A stretch of 64,000 bases of DNA from an uncultured bacterium (GTDB lineage: Bacteria > Bacteroidota > Bacteroidia > CAILMK01): positions 38,077 to 102,076 of the forward strand of contig CAIKRV010000078.1 in assembly GCA_903829945.1 (NCBI GenBank), read 5' to 3'. This document shows positions 10,042 to 20,611 of this stretch, in pieces. A program made the position numbers and the translations under genes. The notes beneath the pieces are model-generated. The model saw only the letters and a program-made list of their open reading frames with translations, had not been told where the DNA came from and did no database searches. How positions within the stretch are numbered: the first letter of the stretch is position 1; each line of letters starts with the position of its first letter.

Positions 10042-11043
10042 TTAAGGTAGGGGTTTTATGTAAATATATTTTAGTATCATTTCTAGCATCAAAAATATTA
10101 TTGACATTATTGCAAAAGCATAGAATTTTTCTCCTTTATGATGAAATGCATTCACTTGAATTTTAGTTTTCTCTAAGTGGTCAATTTCTTTGTAAATGCT
10201 TTTTAGTTTATTATCATTATCTGCACGGAAATATTTGCCGTCAGTTTGTGCGGCTATTTTTTTCAATAAACCTTCATCAATATCCGCATTAATGGTAGCA
10301 ACGCCTCCGCCCGGAATGTGTATTTGAGCAGTACCTTCATTGCCTAAACCAATGGTATAAACTCTGATATGATATTTTTTTGCCAAATCTGCCGCAGTTA
10401 GCGGATCTATATCTCCGGTATTATTGGCTCCATCCGTCATTAAGATAATTACTTTTCCTTTAGCTTCGCCATCATGCAGGCGATCTACAGCAGTGCCTAA
10501 ACCCATCCCAATAGCTGTTCCGTCCTTCAATTGGTTATCGCCGCATTTTATGTCTTTTAATTGGTTTAGTAAAACAGTATGATCTGTAGTTGCAGGGCAT
10601 AGTGTAAAGCTTTCTCCTGCAAAAATGACTAGCCCGATTCGATCATCATTCCTGGATAATATGAATTTTCTTGCTTCGCTTTTTGCTCGTTCCACACGAT
10701 TTGGAGTCATATCTTCTGCCAACATTGAAAGTGATACGTCCATGGCCATAATAATATCAATTCCTTCCGAACTGATTTTTTCATTGCTAAAGCTGGTTTG
10801 TGGACGAGCCAAAGCAATAATTAAACATGCAATGCTAATACTTCTAATTATTGGTAAAAAACGTAGACACCATACCTTGAAAGGTGTTGAGGCCCCTTTA
10901 GAGCTATCAAATTTGGATAAAATGAAATTTGGCTTTCGTTTAGAATTATATAAATATTCGTATCCCAACAAAATAGGGATGACCAATAAGGCCCAAAGCC
11001 AAATTTTATCAGCAAATACGATGGAATTATAAAATTCTTTCAT
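10042..11043 (-). CDS. batA: BatA vWA domain protein
   Basis: IALARPQ, DVSLSM, GTAIGMGL, MTDGANN. Start at ATG 11043 preferred because a TATTTTTG promoter overlaps the longer ORF start (11061). Confidence 0.93.
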   Translation of the reverse strand: MKEFYNSIVFADKIWLWALLVIPILLGYEYLYNSKRKPNFILSKFDSSKGASTPFKVWCLRFLPIIRSISIACLIIALARPQTSFSNEKISSEGIDIIMAMDVSLSMLAEDMTPNRVERAKSEARKFILSRNDDRIGLVIFAGESFTLCPATTDHTVLLNQLKDIKCGDNQLKDGTAIGMGLGTAVDRLHDGEAKGKVIILMTDGANNTGDIDPLTAADLAKKYHIRVYTIGLGNEGTAQIHIPGGGVATINADIDEGLLKKIAAQTDGKYFRADNDNKLKSIYKEIDHLEKTKIQVNAFHHKGEKFYAFAIMSIIFLMLEMILKYIYIKPLP

Positions 11044-11197
11044 TTTTAAAAAACTGCGCAAAAATAATAAAAATGCCTTTGAAGTACCGATTCAGACATA
11101 TGATAACTAGTTTGGTTGTCACATCTAAATGCCATGACTTGCTTAGCAAAAATTTTGCCAATACCTAAAGGTAAAATTTTGTCTGGGTATTATTGGA

Positions 11198-11788
11198 TTA
11201 TGATAAGGTATTATATCGAAAACAGGAGCTTAAATGATCATTAACCATTCCCGAAGCTTGCATAAAGGCATAACAGATCGTGGATCCAACAAATTTGAAG
11301 CCTCTTTTTTTGAGCGATTTGCTCATAGCATCCGAAACTTGACTGCGGGACGGCACATCTTTTTGTTCTATCCATTTATTAATAATGGGTTTTCCGTCAC
11401 TAAATTGCCATATGTATTCTGAAAAACTACCGTATTCCTTTTGAATATTAATAAATGCCTGGGCGTTGCTAATTGTTGCTCTGATTTTCAGTTTGTTGCG
11501 AATAATTCCTTCGTCTTGCAAAAGCCTATTATAATCTAACTCGGTAAATCTGGCCACTTTTTTTACGTCAAAATTTGCAAAGGCATTTTTAAAGCCTTCT
11601 CGCCGATGGAGAATAGTTGACCAACTTAATCCTGCTTGAAAAGTATCTAAGACTAAATACTCAAATAACTTTTTATCATCCCTTACTATTACACCCCATT
11701 CTTCGTCATGATATTGAATCATTTTTTCGGAAGAACCGCACCAAGGACATCTAAGGATGTTTTTGGACTTAATTTTTGACTTATTCAT
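11198..11788 (-). CDS. tag: DNA-3-methyladenine glycosylase I
   Basis: RCPW, YHDEEWG, QAGLSW, IIRNKLKI, GFKFVGSTICYAFMQA, NDH. Confidence 0.97.
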   Translation of the reverse strand: MNKSKIKSKNILRCPWCGSSEKMIQYHDEEWGVIVRDDKKLFEYLVLDTFQAGLSWSTILHRREGFKNAFANFDVKKVARFTELDYNRLLQDEGIIRNKLKIRATISNAQAFINIQKEYGSFSEYIWQFSDGKPIINKWIEQKDVPSRSQVSDAMSKSLKKRGFKFVGSTICYAFMQASGMVNDHLSSCFRYNTLS

Positions 11789-11893
11789 AGTATGAAATGC
11801 AAATTAATGTAATTTTGTATGCGAAAGCACAAAGTAAATAAAAGGCTTTATGAATATTACCCTGCAGTCCTTTTATTTGTTGCGTGTCGAATT

Positions 11894-12367
11894 ATGAAGC
11901 GTCCCTGCATTATTGTATTATTTTTAATTGTTAGCTTGCCACTCTTGGCACAGGAACGTCCTGAAGTTTGGGAGGTAATTGATTCTTTACCTCGTATTCA
12001 AGTGCCTAAATCAGTAATATTAGCGTTTAAAATTAAATATCCGAGTATCAATCCTTTGTTTTGGTTTCAATTAAATGATGATTATGAGGCACAGTTTGTA
12101 ATAAATGAACACAGTGTTTCTGCTGAATTTAGTAAGGCCGGGAAGTGGATCAATACAGAGACCGTATTACCAGAAGAAGAATTTAATGATAGAATTATTA
12201 GCTATGTAAGGAGTTATTATCCAAAATATGAATTGGACATGGTTATTTTGGAAGAAAGTCCGGTGGGTAAGTTTTTTGACGTTACCATTATAAATGAAGA
12301 TTTAGACTTGGAGCTTATATTTGATGAAAATGGTTTCTTCCTTAGAAAAGCTGAAACCTTAGAATAG
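11894..12367 (+). CDS. Periplasmic PepSY-like (BLIP-like) domain protein
   Basis: Signal peptide from MKRPCIIVLF; VPKSVILAFKIKYP, YEAQF, AEFSKAGKWINTE, LIFDENGFFL resemble PepSY-like repeats. Confidence 0.75.
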   Translation: MKRPCIIVLFLIVSLPLLAQERPEVWEVIDSLPRIQVPKSVILAFKIKYPSINPLFWFQLNDDYEAQFVINEHSVSAEFSKAGKWINTETVLPEEEFNDRIISYVRSYYPKYELDMVILEESPVGKFFDVTIINEDLDLELIFDENGFFLRKAETLE

Positions 12368-12402
12368 AACATCTAAAGTATTTAACCTAATATGTTGAAT
12401 TA

Positions 12403-12441
12403 TAAAAAAGCCCCCTTTTTATCTAAAAGGGGGCTTTTTTA
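12403..12441. terminator. Bidirectional terminator between convergent genes
   Basis: AAAAAAGCCCCCTTTT-loop-AAAAGGGGGCTTTTTT. Confidence 0.88.
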
Positions 12442-12458
12442 TTTTTAACTTAAATATT

Positions 12459-14726
12459 TTAAGCGTTTAATTCTTCCCTAATCAAGTTTAAGGCACTACC
12501 TGCTTTAAACCATTCAATTTGGATTTCATTATAAGTATGATTCAAAACAATAGTATCTGTACTTCCATCTTTATGAGAAATAGCCAAATGCAAAGGTTTA
12601 CCAGGAGCAAAGCTTGTTAAACCTTGAATTGCAAAGGAATCATCCTCCTTAATTTTATCGTAGTCAGAAGGGTTAGCAAATGTTAATGCCAACATACCTT
12701 GCTTTTTCAAATTAGTTTCATGAATACGTGCAAAAGACTTTACAATTACTGCACGAACTCCTAAATGACGAGGTTCCATGGCAGCATGTTCACGAGAGGA
12801 GCCTTCGCCGTAATTTTCATCACCAATTACAATTGAACCTTTGTTATTGGCTTTATAATAACGTGCAACATCTGGAACACCTGCATATTCACCCGTCATT
12901 TGATTTTTTACAGAATTTGTTTTTCCATTAAATGCGTTTTCTGCACCTATTAGACAATTGTTGGAAATATTATCCAAATGCCCACGATATTTTAACCATG
13001 GACCAGCCATAGAAATATGATCTGTAGTACATTTCCCTTTGGCCTTAATCAATAAATAAAGGTCATTTAAATCAGTTTTTTCCCAAGGACTAAAAGGATC
13101 AAGTAATTGCAAACGTTTTGAATCAGGTGCCACAGCTACTACTACCTTAGAACCATCGGCTGCCGGTTTTTCGTAACCTGGATCATCTACTTCAAATCCT
13201 TTGATTGGAAGTTCTATGCCCATTGGCTCATCTAGCATAATGTCTTCGCCTTTGTCATTTTTTAATGTGTCCTTCATTGGATTGAAACTAAGCTTTCCTG
13301 CGATAGAAAGAGCGGTAACAATTTCAGGAGAGGCTACAAATGCATGGGTGTTTGGATTGCCATCATTACGTTTCGCAAAATTGCGATTAAATGAAGTTAT
13401 AATAGAATTTCTTTTGGTAGGGTCATTGGTATGACGTGCCCACTGTCCGATACAAGGTCCACAAGCATTTGCCATCACCACTCCACCAATTTCTTCAAAT
13501 GTTTTAAGTAGTCCGTCACGTTCAGTTGTAAATCTAACCATTTCTGAACCCGGCGTAACAGTATATTCAGCTTTCGCTTTAATGCCTTTAGCAATTGCTT
13601 GATTTGCAATAGATGCAGCCCTGGTAATATCTTCATAAGAAGAGTTGGTACACGAACCGATTAATCCTACCTCAACTTCTTCAGGCCAATTATGTTCTTT
13701 AACAGCAGCAGCAAATTGAGATAATGGCCATGCAGCATCAGGAGTGAAAGGACCATTAATATACGGTTCCAATTCTGATAAATTAATTTCAATTAATTGA
13801 TCAAAATAATTTGAAGGATTAGCATAAATTTCTTCATCAGCACGCAAATGTTGTCTAACACCATCAGCTAAAGCGGCTACTTGTTCTCTTCCAGTTTGAC
13901 GTAAGTATGCACCCATTTTATCGTCGTAACCGAAAATGGAAGTAGTTGCCCCAATTTCAGCTCCCATATTACATATGGTGCCTTTGCCGGTACATGAAAT
14001 TGCATCTGCACCCTCACCAAAATATTCAACAATGGCACCGGTACCGCCTTTTACTGTAAGAATTCCGGCTACTTTTAAAATTATATCTTTAGCAGATGCC
14101 CATCCGCTAAGCTTACCGCTAAGTTTTACACCAATTATTTTCGGCATTTTTAGTTCCCAAGCCATGCCACTCATTACATCCACAGCATCAGCTCCACCCA
14201 CACCAATTGCTACCATACCTAAACCACCGGCATTTGGAGTGTGAGAGTCTGTTCCTACCATCATTCCACCGGGGAAAGCGTAATTTTCAAGTACTACTTG
14301 GTGAATAATTCCGGCACCGGGTTTCCAAAAGCCGATACCATATTTATTAGATACTGAAGACAAGAATTTATAAACTTCAGCATTTTCAGTATTTGCAGTC
14401 ATTAAGTCTTCTACTGCACCATTTTTTGCTTGGATTAAGTGATCGCAATGTACCGTACTTGGTACTGCAGTTGTGCTACGACCGCAAAGCATAAATTGAA
14501 GTAAGGCCATTTGAGCCGTTGCGTCTTGCATGGCAACACGATCGGGAGCAAAATCTACATAGGATTTTCCACGTTCAAAGGCGGCATTTAATTGATTTTC
14601 AAATAAGTGAGAATAAAGAATTTTCTCGGTAAGTGTTAAAGGCTTACCTAATAATTTACGGGCGGCCTCAATGCGGCCGGGCAAGTTTTCATAAACGGAG
14701 CGAATGAGATCTAAATCAAAAAGCAT
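12459..14726 (-). CDS. acnA: Aconitate hydratase (mitochondrial-like, Bacteroidetes type)
   Basis: [57 protein letters not shown]. Confidence 0.97.
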   Translation of the reverse strand: MLFDLDLIRSVYENLPGRIEAARKLLGKPLTLTEKILYSHLFENQLNAAFERGKSYVDFAPDRVAMQDATAQMALLQFMLCGRSTTAVPSTVHCDHLIQAKNGAVEDLMTANTENAEVYKFLSSVSNKYGIGFWKPGAGIIHQVVLENYAFPGGMMVGTDSHTPNAGGLGMVAIGVGGADAVDVMSGMAWELKMPKIIGVKLSGKLSGWASAKDIILKVAGILTVKGGTGAIVEYFGEGADAISCTGKGTICNMGAEIGATTSIFGYDDKMGAYLRQTGREQVAALADGVRQHLRADEEIYANPSNYFDQLIEINLSELEPYINGPFTPDAAWPLSQFAAAVKEHNWPEEVEVGLIGSCTNSSYEDITRAASIANQAIAKGIKAKAEYTVTPGSEMVRFTTERDGLLKTFEEIGGVVMANACGPCIGQWARHTNDPTKRNSIITSFNRNFAKRNDGNPNTHAFVASPEIVTALSIAGKLSFNPMKDTLKNDKGEDIMLDEPMGIELPIKGFEVDDPGYEKPAADGSKVVVAVAPDSKRLQLLDPFSPWEKTDLNDLYLLIKAKGKCTTDHISMAGPWLKYRGHLDNISNNCLIGAENAFNGKTNSVKNQMTGEYAGVPDVARYYKANNKGSIVIGDENYGEGSSREHAAMEPRHLGVRAVIVKSFARIHETNLKKQGMLALTFANPSDYDKIKEDDSFAIQGLTSFAPGKPLHLAISHKDGSTDTIVLNHTYNEIQIEWFKAGSALNLIREELNA

Positions 14727-14965
14727 ATTCTTAATTTTTTAAAGTTCTGAATGTTAAGAACAAAGCAACTCTTTTGCTGCTCAATTTTGGCGCAAAGGTA
14801 CATATAATTGAGGCAAATATCCAGTTTAGATACTTATATATTTATCCTAAAAAGGATTAAATTTCTCTTTCTTCTTGAAGTTGTCATTTTCAAAAAATCA
14901 AAACTTTTAAAATGAAAACAAATCCGTTTTGAAATTTTGACCGTATATTTCCTAAAATTAATAAA

Positions 14966-15469
14966 ATGAGAACGATTTTAATATTATCAACTGTTATTCT
15001 TTGCACCATAGGAGTAATGGCTCAAAAAAAGAAAATGGAAAAAATACACAATCCTTATTATTCAAGAACGGACACTAAGAAACTTAATGTTACAGATGCG
15101 GAATGGAAAAAAGTTCTACCCGAAGATGTTTATTATATTGCCAGGAACAAAGGTACTGAACGTGCATTTACAGGTAAATATTGGGATTATGAAGGAATAG
15201 GAACCTATTATTGTGCAGCTTGTGGTAATGCTTTATTCAAAAGTGATTCTAAGTTTGCAAGCGGATGTGGATGGCCAAGCTTTTTCGAGAGCATTAGAAA
15301 GAATAGTGTGGAGTATCAAACAGATCAGTCTCACGGAATGGTACGGACGGAGGTACTATGCGGTAGATGTGGAGCACATTTAGGACATGTATTTGATGAT
15401 GGTCCAGCTCCAACTCATAAAAGATTTTGCATGAACTCAATAGTATTGGATTTTGAACCGTCCAAATAA
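14966..15469 (+). CDS. msrB: Peptide-methionine (R)-S-oxide reductase, exported
   Basis: GTERAFTG, CAAC, GCGWPSF, CGRCGAHLGHVF, RFCMNS; N-terminal signal peptide. Confidence 0.97.
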   Translation: MRTILILSTVILCTIGVMAQKKKMEKIHNPYYSRTDTKKLNVTDAEWKKVLPEDVYYIARNKGTERAFTGKYWDYEGIGTYYCAACGNALFKSDSKFASGCGWPSFFESIRKNSVEYQTDQSHGMVRTEVLCGRCGAHLGHVFDDGPAPTHKRFCMNSIVLDFEPSK

Positions 15470-15486
15470 ATTATAATATTCAGTAA

Positions 15487-16110
15487 TTATAACTTTTTCT
15501 TTTTTTGGAAAACGGGTCGAATAAATTTGTGATATAGTGGCTTGAAATAAATTTCGATGCCAATATCTACAAAAGGTGCACTGACATTTTGTACAGGGAC
15601 CAAAGTTATGCCCAAGGCAGCCCCTAAACCTAACCAATAGCGAATTTTATAGCTTCCGGATAAATAAGGTGCAAGTAATGGATAATAGGTGGTATTGATT
15701 TTTGTATTGCTTCCTGAGTTTTCAGTAAATTGATTATAAATATTTCCAAAGCCAATTTTGGTACCTGCATTGAGCTCCCATTTTTCATTTTCAAAGTAAG
15801 TGTATTCCATATATACTGCTACATAACTCATCAATAAACTCGTATGTATGGTATGGTTTTGATAAGCCATATTTTCATTTACATTTGAACCTAAGGTGTA
15901 ATAACTTAAACCGGCGGTATATTTTTCTTGCCATTGAATTCCTGCTTTAATGCCGGAAAAATTAACATTATGGCTTTTAACAGCAGTATTAAAACCATCT
16001 AAACCAAAATCAGGTTCTAAATTCTTAAATACTAAAATTGAATCAAGTATTCCTGCATTTGCCAAAGAATAAAACCAAGTAAATAAAAGGATAAAACCAA
16101 GTTTTTTCAT
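15487..16110 (-). CDS. Hypothetical exported protein, probable small outer-membrane beta-barrel
   Basis: Signal peptide from MKKLGF; alternating amphipathic aromatic-rich strands. Confidence 0.6.
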   Translation of the reverse strand: MKKLGFILLFTWFYSLANAGILDSILVFKNLEPDFGLDGFNTAVKSHNVNFSGIKAGIQWQEKYTAGLSYYTLGSNVNENMAYQNHTIHTSLLMSYVAVYMEYTYFENEKWELNAGTKIGFGNIYNQFTENSGSNTKINTTYYPLLAPYLSGSYKIRYWLGLGAALGITLVPVQNVSAPFVDIGIEIYFKPLYHKFIRPVFQKKKKL

Positions 16111-16213
16111 TGGTGCAAAGTAATAAAAATAATTTTGATTGAAATAAATAAATCCAATATCCCATTGAAGTAAATTCTTTAGGATATTGGATTGCAAAAT
16201 TCACCGAAAGTCT

Positions 16214-17344
16214 CTACATTCTTATCACCGCTCCATCTCTAATCTCCTCATTACCTTTGCTAAGAATTGTATCCCCTTCAGATAGGTGTCCAAATATTTC
16301 GATGCTTGTATCTGTTTCATAACCTTTTTTTACATCAATCCATTTGGCTTTACCTCGTACTATCCTTATGACGAATAAGTGCTCAGTAGATTGTACTAAT
16401 GCATTTTTTGGTACAATTAAGGCATTAGCGCCTCTTTGAATTTTTAAAATTACATCCGCATAAATACCGGATTTTAATTTTTGATTGGCATTAAAAATAT
16501 CAGCCTCAATAACTTCTGATCGAATTCCGGCATTTATACTTCCGGTCGTACGACTAACAGGCACTGTGAAAGTATCCCCTGGAAGCGTTTTCACTGTAAA
16601 AGAAATTGAGGTATGAATCAATCTGGCTGAAGTATAATACTCAGGAATTGCAACCACCAGCCTCAATGTATTTTCATCTTCCAGTTTAAATAATGGTTTT
16701 TCTGAATTTTTATTATTGGGTCCCACCAGTGCCCCGGGATGTACATTTCTTTCAGTAATGATACCGTCAAATGGTGCACGGAGAATTAAATAGTTTTTTA
16801 TTTCTGCTATCGATTGGCTGTATGATTTAGCTGACGAAACATTTTCTAGAGCAGCAATCATTTGCATACTATCCATTTTCATTTTGGAGGCTGAAATATC
16901 TAAATCATTTGCAGCAACAGTTCCTGGCGTTTTACTGGTAGCTAAAATTCTTTTATAAGTTACAGCGCTAGTTTTATATAATGTTTGTTTTTCTAATAAC
17001 ACAGATTCTGCAGCATGAAGCTTAGACAATGCTTCTGCGAATTGTGCTTCTAACTCCGGAGCATCTAATATTGCAATTTTATCTCCCTTTTTTACTTTTG
17101 ACCCTCTGTCTACTAGAACTTCCCTGACAAATCCATTAACTTTTGAGTATATTTCTACTTCCTGAAAAGGCTTTATTTCACCAGGTAATTGAATGGAACT
17201 GCTTATTTCTCCTTTTTTAATAATTGTTATTGGTAATTTGTTGTCATTAGACACCATTTTTTCTTCTTTCGATTGTTCCTTGCATGATGCTAAGATTAAT
17301 AACAGTGCTATAATATTTATAAATTTATATTTTCTCATTTTCAT
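16214..17344 (-). CDS. RND efflux periplasmic adaptor (MFP), lipoprotein
   Basis: Lipobox LILASC, lipoyl/barrel motifs (VDRGSKVKKGD, RAPFDGIITERNVHPG); adjacent to the RND permease. Confidence 0.93.
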   Translation of the reverse strand: MKMRKYKFINIIALLLILASCKEQSKEEKMVSNDNKLPITIIKKGEISSSIQLPGEIKPFQEVEIYSKVNGFVREVLVDRGSKVKKGDKIAILDAPELEAQFAEALSKLHAAESVLLEKQTLYKTSAVTYKRILATSKTPGTVAANDLDISASKMKMDSMQMIAALENVSSAKSYSQSIAEIKNYLILRAPFDGIITERNVHPGALVGPNNKNSEKPLFKLEDENTLRLVVAIPEYYTSARLIHTSISFTVKTLPGDTFTVPVSRTTGSINAGIRSEVIEADIFNANQKLKSGIYADVILKIQRGANALIVPKNALVQSTEHLFVIRIVRGKAKWIDVKKGYETDTSIEIFGHLSEGDTILSKGNEEIRDGAVIRM

Positions 17345-17363
17345 AATTTTTAATAATTGGAAT

Positions 17364-20300
17364 TTAATTTTGTGAGTTATCGAAGTATTTGCTTTTTTCA
17401 TCCTCGGGATCTAATGAAACTGAAGCAATACTTGCATTTTTACGTATAGAAGAAAATGCCAGAGGTAAAATAAACAATGCAGCAAATGTAGAAGCTATCA
17501 ATCCACCAATTACGGCTCTACCTAAAGGTGCAGTCTGATCTCCTGCTTCTCCTATGCCGGCTGCCATGGGTATCATTCCTGCAATCATTGCTAAACTAGT
17601 CATTAAAATTGGTCTTAATCTGACACCGGCTCCAATTATTGCAGCTTGTTCTGCATTATCATTTTCTAATCTCAGTCGTTCTGCATTAGTTACTATCAGG
17701 ATCGCATTGGCCACTGAAACCCCGGTGGACATGATGATTCCCATATAGGACTGTAAATTGAGGGTAGATTTTGTAATTATTAATAAAACTAGTGAACCGG
17801 CTATAACTGCCGGAATGCTAACTAAGACTACTAAGGATAGTCCAAACGATTGATAATTTGCAGCTAATAATAAGAAAATTACTAATATAGCCACTATTAA
17901 ACCCATTTGTAAGCTAGATAATGTCTCTGCTAATAATTTAACTAATCCATGTTGTTCTATAATTATTCCTTTTGGAGGCGTACCCATGCTTGATAAAATA
18001 GCATTGATTTTTGTCGAAACCGTTCCTAAATCTACACCTTTAATATTTGCTGTTAATGTCACTAACCTTCTTGGTCCCATACGATCATATTCTCCAACGG
18101 TAGTATCAATTTTTACATCTGCAATATCCGCTACTATTGGTCTGGAATGATCTGGTTTTAATGGAATGTTTTTGATTGCTTCAAGGTCATTCATCAAGTA
18201 TTCCGGTACTTCAACTTGGACTTGATAGGCATATCCATTTTTAGGATCCATCCAAAGGTTTTTATCCGTAAAGCGACTGGATGATGTAGCTGCAGTTAAT
18301 GATTTTGAAATTTCAGATACATTAAGGCCTAATTGGGCAGCGCGTTCACGATCAATATTAATAGTTATTGTGGGATACCTCAAAGGTTCAGAAATTTGGA
18401 CATCACGCAAATAATCAATTTTCGAAAGTTTATTTTTTATTTGATCAGCCACCTTTTTTGCATCATCCAAATTTTTACCGGCTACCATTATTTCTACAGG
18501 AGTAGGAGAGCCCTGGCTCATTATTTTACAAGTTAATTCAATCGGCTCAAAGGAGATTTTTAATTCAGGAATTTCATGTGCAATATCAATTCTAAGTTTT
18601 TCTTTAAAATCTTCAATATCTGGATGAAAATCTTCACTTAATTTCACCTGCATAACTGCTTCATGAGGTCCGCTGTTAAATATAAAAATATTACTGGTTC
18701 CATAACTGGAAGGCATCATTCCTACAAATGCAGAACTAATACTTACATGATTTGGTCCTGCATCTTTGTCAATAATTTGTAAAACCTTCAATAGTTTTAA
18801 TTCCGTTCTTTCAATTCTTGTTCCATCAGCAGCTCTGATTCTTAACTGAAATTCACTGCTATTTGCTTGCGGTAGGATATCCTTTCCAATAATAAATGCA
18901 CAAATAATAATTATGCTAAAAATTCCAATAAAGTAGAATAGTAAAACTTGACGTCTTTTTTTCATTAAACGTCCAAGTGTTTCCATAAATTTAAGCTTTA
19001 TCTTTTCAAAGCGATTAAGTTTTTTAGGATGCTTTTCTTCAAATAAGACATCCTTTTGAACATCTGCAACTTCAAATGAATTTAGTGCTAAAGTAGCATG
19101 GTGTGAGTGATGATGATGAAATAAATTTTCTTTCAACATCCAATTGGCAATTACAGGCACAAATGTTTGAGATAAAATAAAAGATGCAATCATTGCATAA
19201 CCAATGGATAATGAAAGAGGTAAAAACATTGATTTAGGAATCCCTTTCATCATGAATGAAGGAGCAAATACAGCTAAAACACACAATAAAATTAAAAATG
19301 CGGGTAAGGCAATTTCACGAGTGGCATCCAATATTGCACGAGATTTTAATTTCCCCATTTCTAAATGTTGATGAATGTTTTCAATAGTAACCGTAGCTTG
19401 ATCAACTAAAATTCCTATGGCTAATGCAAGTCCGCTTAAGGTCATTATATTGATGGTTTGTCCCGATAAATAAAGACATAAAACTGATGTTAAAATGGCA
19501 ATAGGAATAGTTAGTACCACAATTAAAGCGGAGCGTTTGTCTCCTAAGAATAATAATACCATGAGTCCGGTAAGTATTGCGCCTAGGATTCCTTCACTGA
19601 TTAAGCTTTTAACTGCATTAATCACATATACCGATTGATCAAATTCATAAGATATTTTAACATCATCAGGCAATAGGCTTTGCATTTGTGGTAATGCTTT
19701 TTTTACATTATTTACAACATCCCAAGTGGAAGCCTCTGCCCGTTTAGTAACTGGGATATAAACTGCTCTTTTACCATTTACTAAGGCGTAACCTGTAGTT
19801 ACATCAGCACCATCTTCAACAGAGGCAATATCTCTTATAAAGACGGTAGTTCCACTGCCTTTCCGAATGGGTATTGATAAAAAATCTTTTACTTTTTCGA
19901 TAACTGAATTAACTGGGCTTAAATACATGAAATCTCCCATTCTTATATTCCCGGCAGGTGCGATAGTATTACCCAATGTTATTGCTTTTACGATTTCATC
20001 AGGGCTCAATTGATAACTTCGCATCCTTTCAGGATCTACTTTTATTACTATTGTTCTGGCATTTCCTCCAAACGGAGGCGGTGAAGATACTCCGGGAATG
20101 GAGGAAAACATAGCTCGAATTTTTGTTGAAGCTAAATCTTGAATTTCATTTAACGAACGAGTATTGCTTTTAAAAACGATTTCACCTACTGGCAAGGAGG
20201 ATGCATCGAATCGCACAACCGTTGGTGGTACCGTCCCGGCCGGTAAATAGCTCATCACACGATTGACTTGAGAGGCAACTTCACCTGCGGCTTGTGCCAT

Positions 20301-20600
20301 ATCTGTCCCTTCATAAAAGCTTAATTTTATTAAGGATAATCCTTGGATGTTTTTTACCTCAATATTCTTAATTCCACTAACGTATAGAAATTGATCTTGA
20401 TATCGAGTGGATATAAATCCTTCCATTTGTGCAGGTGACATTCCGCCATATTGTTGTGCTATATAAATGGTAGGTAAATCTAATTTAGGAAATATATCAA
20501 CAGGGATATTGAATATTGAAGCCAATGAAAAACTAAATATACTAATAATTGCTACAATTATTGTTATTGGATTTCTAAGTGCACTTTTTAATAATGACAT
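17364..20600 (-). CDS. RND efflux permease (AcrB/CusA superfamily)
   Basis: 1078 aa with 12-TM RND layout; INIMTLSGLALAIGILVD, RLRPILMTSLAMIAG, PLGRAVIGG. Confidence 0.96.
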   Translation of the reverse strand: MSLLKSALRNPITIIVAIISIFSFSLASIFNIPVDIFPKLDLPTIYIAQQYGGMSPAQMEGFISTRYQDQFLYVSGIKNIEVKNIQGLSLIKLSFYEGTDMAQAAGEVASQVNRVMSYLPAGTVPPTVVRFDASSLPVGEIVFKSNTRSLNEIQDLASTKIRAMFSSIPGVSSPPPFGGNARTIVIKVDPERMRSYQLSPDEIVKAITLGNTIAPAGNIRMGDFMYLSPVNSVIEKVKDFLSIPIRKGSGTTVFIRDIASVEDGADVTTGYALVNGKRAVYIPVTKRAEASTWDVVNNVKKALPQMQSLLPDDVKISYEFDQSVYVINAVKSLISEGILGAILTGLMVLLFLGDKRSALIVVLTIPIAILTSVLCLYLSGQTINIMTLSGLALAIGILVDQATVTIENIHQHLEMGKLKSRAILDATREIALPAFLILLCVLAVFAPSFMMKGIPKSMFLPLSLSIGYAMIASFILSQTFVPVIANWMLKENLFHHHHSHHATLALNSFEVADVQKDVLFEEKHPKKLNRFEKIKLKFMETLGRLMKKRRQVLLFYFIGIFSIIIICAFIIGKDILPQANSSEFQLRIRAADGTRIERTELKLLKVLQIIDKDAGPNHVSISSAFVGMMPSSYGTSNIFIFNSGPHEAVMQVKLSEDFHPDIEDFKEKLRIDIAHEIPELKISFEPIELTCKIMSQGSPTPVEIMVAGKNLDDAKKVADQIKNKLSKIDYLRDVQISEPLRYPTITINIDRERAAQLGLNVSEISKSLTAATSSSRFTDKNLWMDPKNGYAYQVQVEVPEYLMNDLEAIKNIPLKPDHSRPIVADIADVKIDTTVGEYDRMGPRRLVTLTANIKGVDLGTVSTKINAILSSMGTPPKGIIIEQHGLVKLLAETLSSLQMGLIVAILVIFLLLAANYQSFGLSLVVLVSIPAVIAGSLVLLIITKSTLNLQSYMGIIMSTGVSVANAILIVTNAERLRLENDNAEQAAIIGAGVRLRPILMTSLAMIAGMIPMAAGIGEAGDQTAPLGRAVIGGLIASTFAALFILPLAFSSIRKNASIASVSLDPEDEKSKYFDNSQN

Positions 20601-20611
20601 AAGAAATAATT

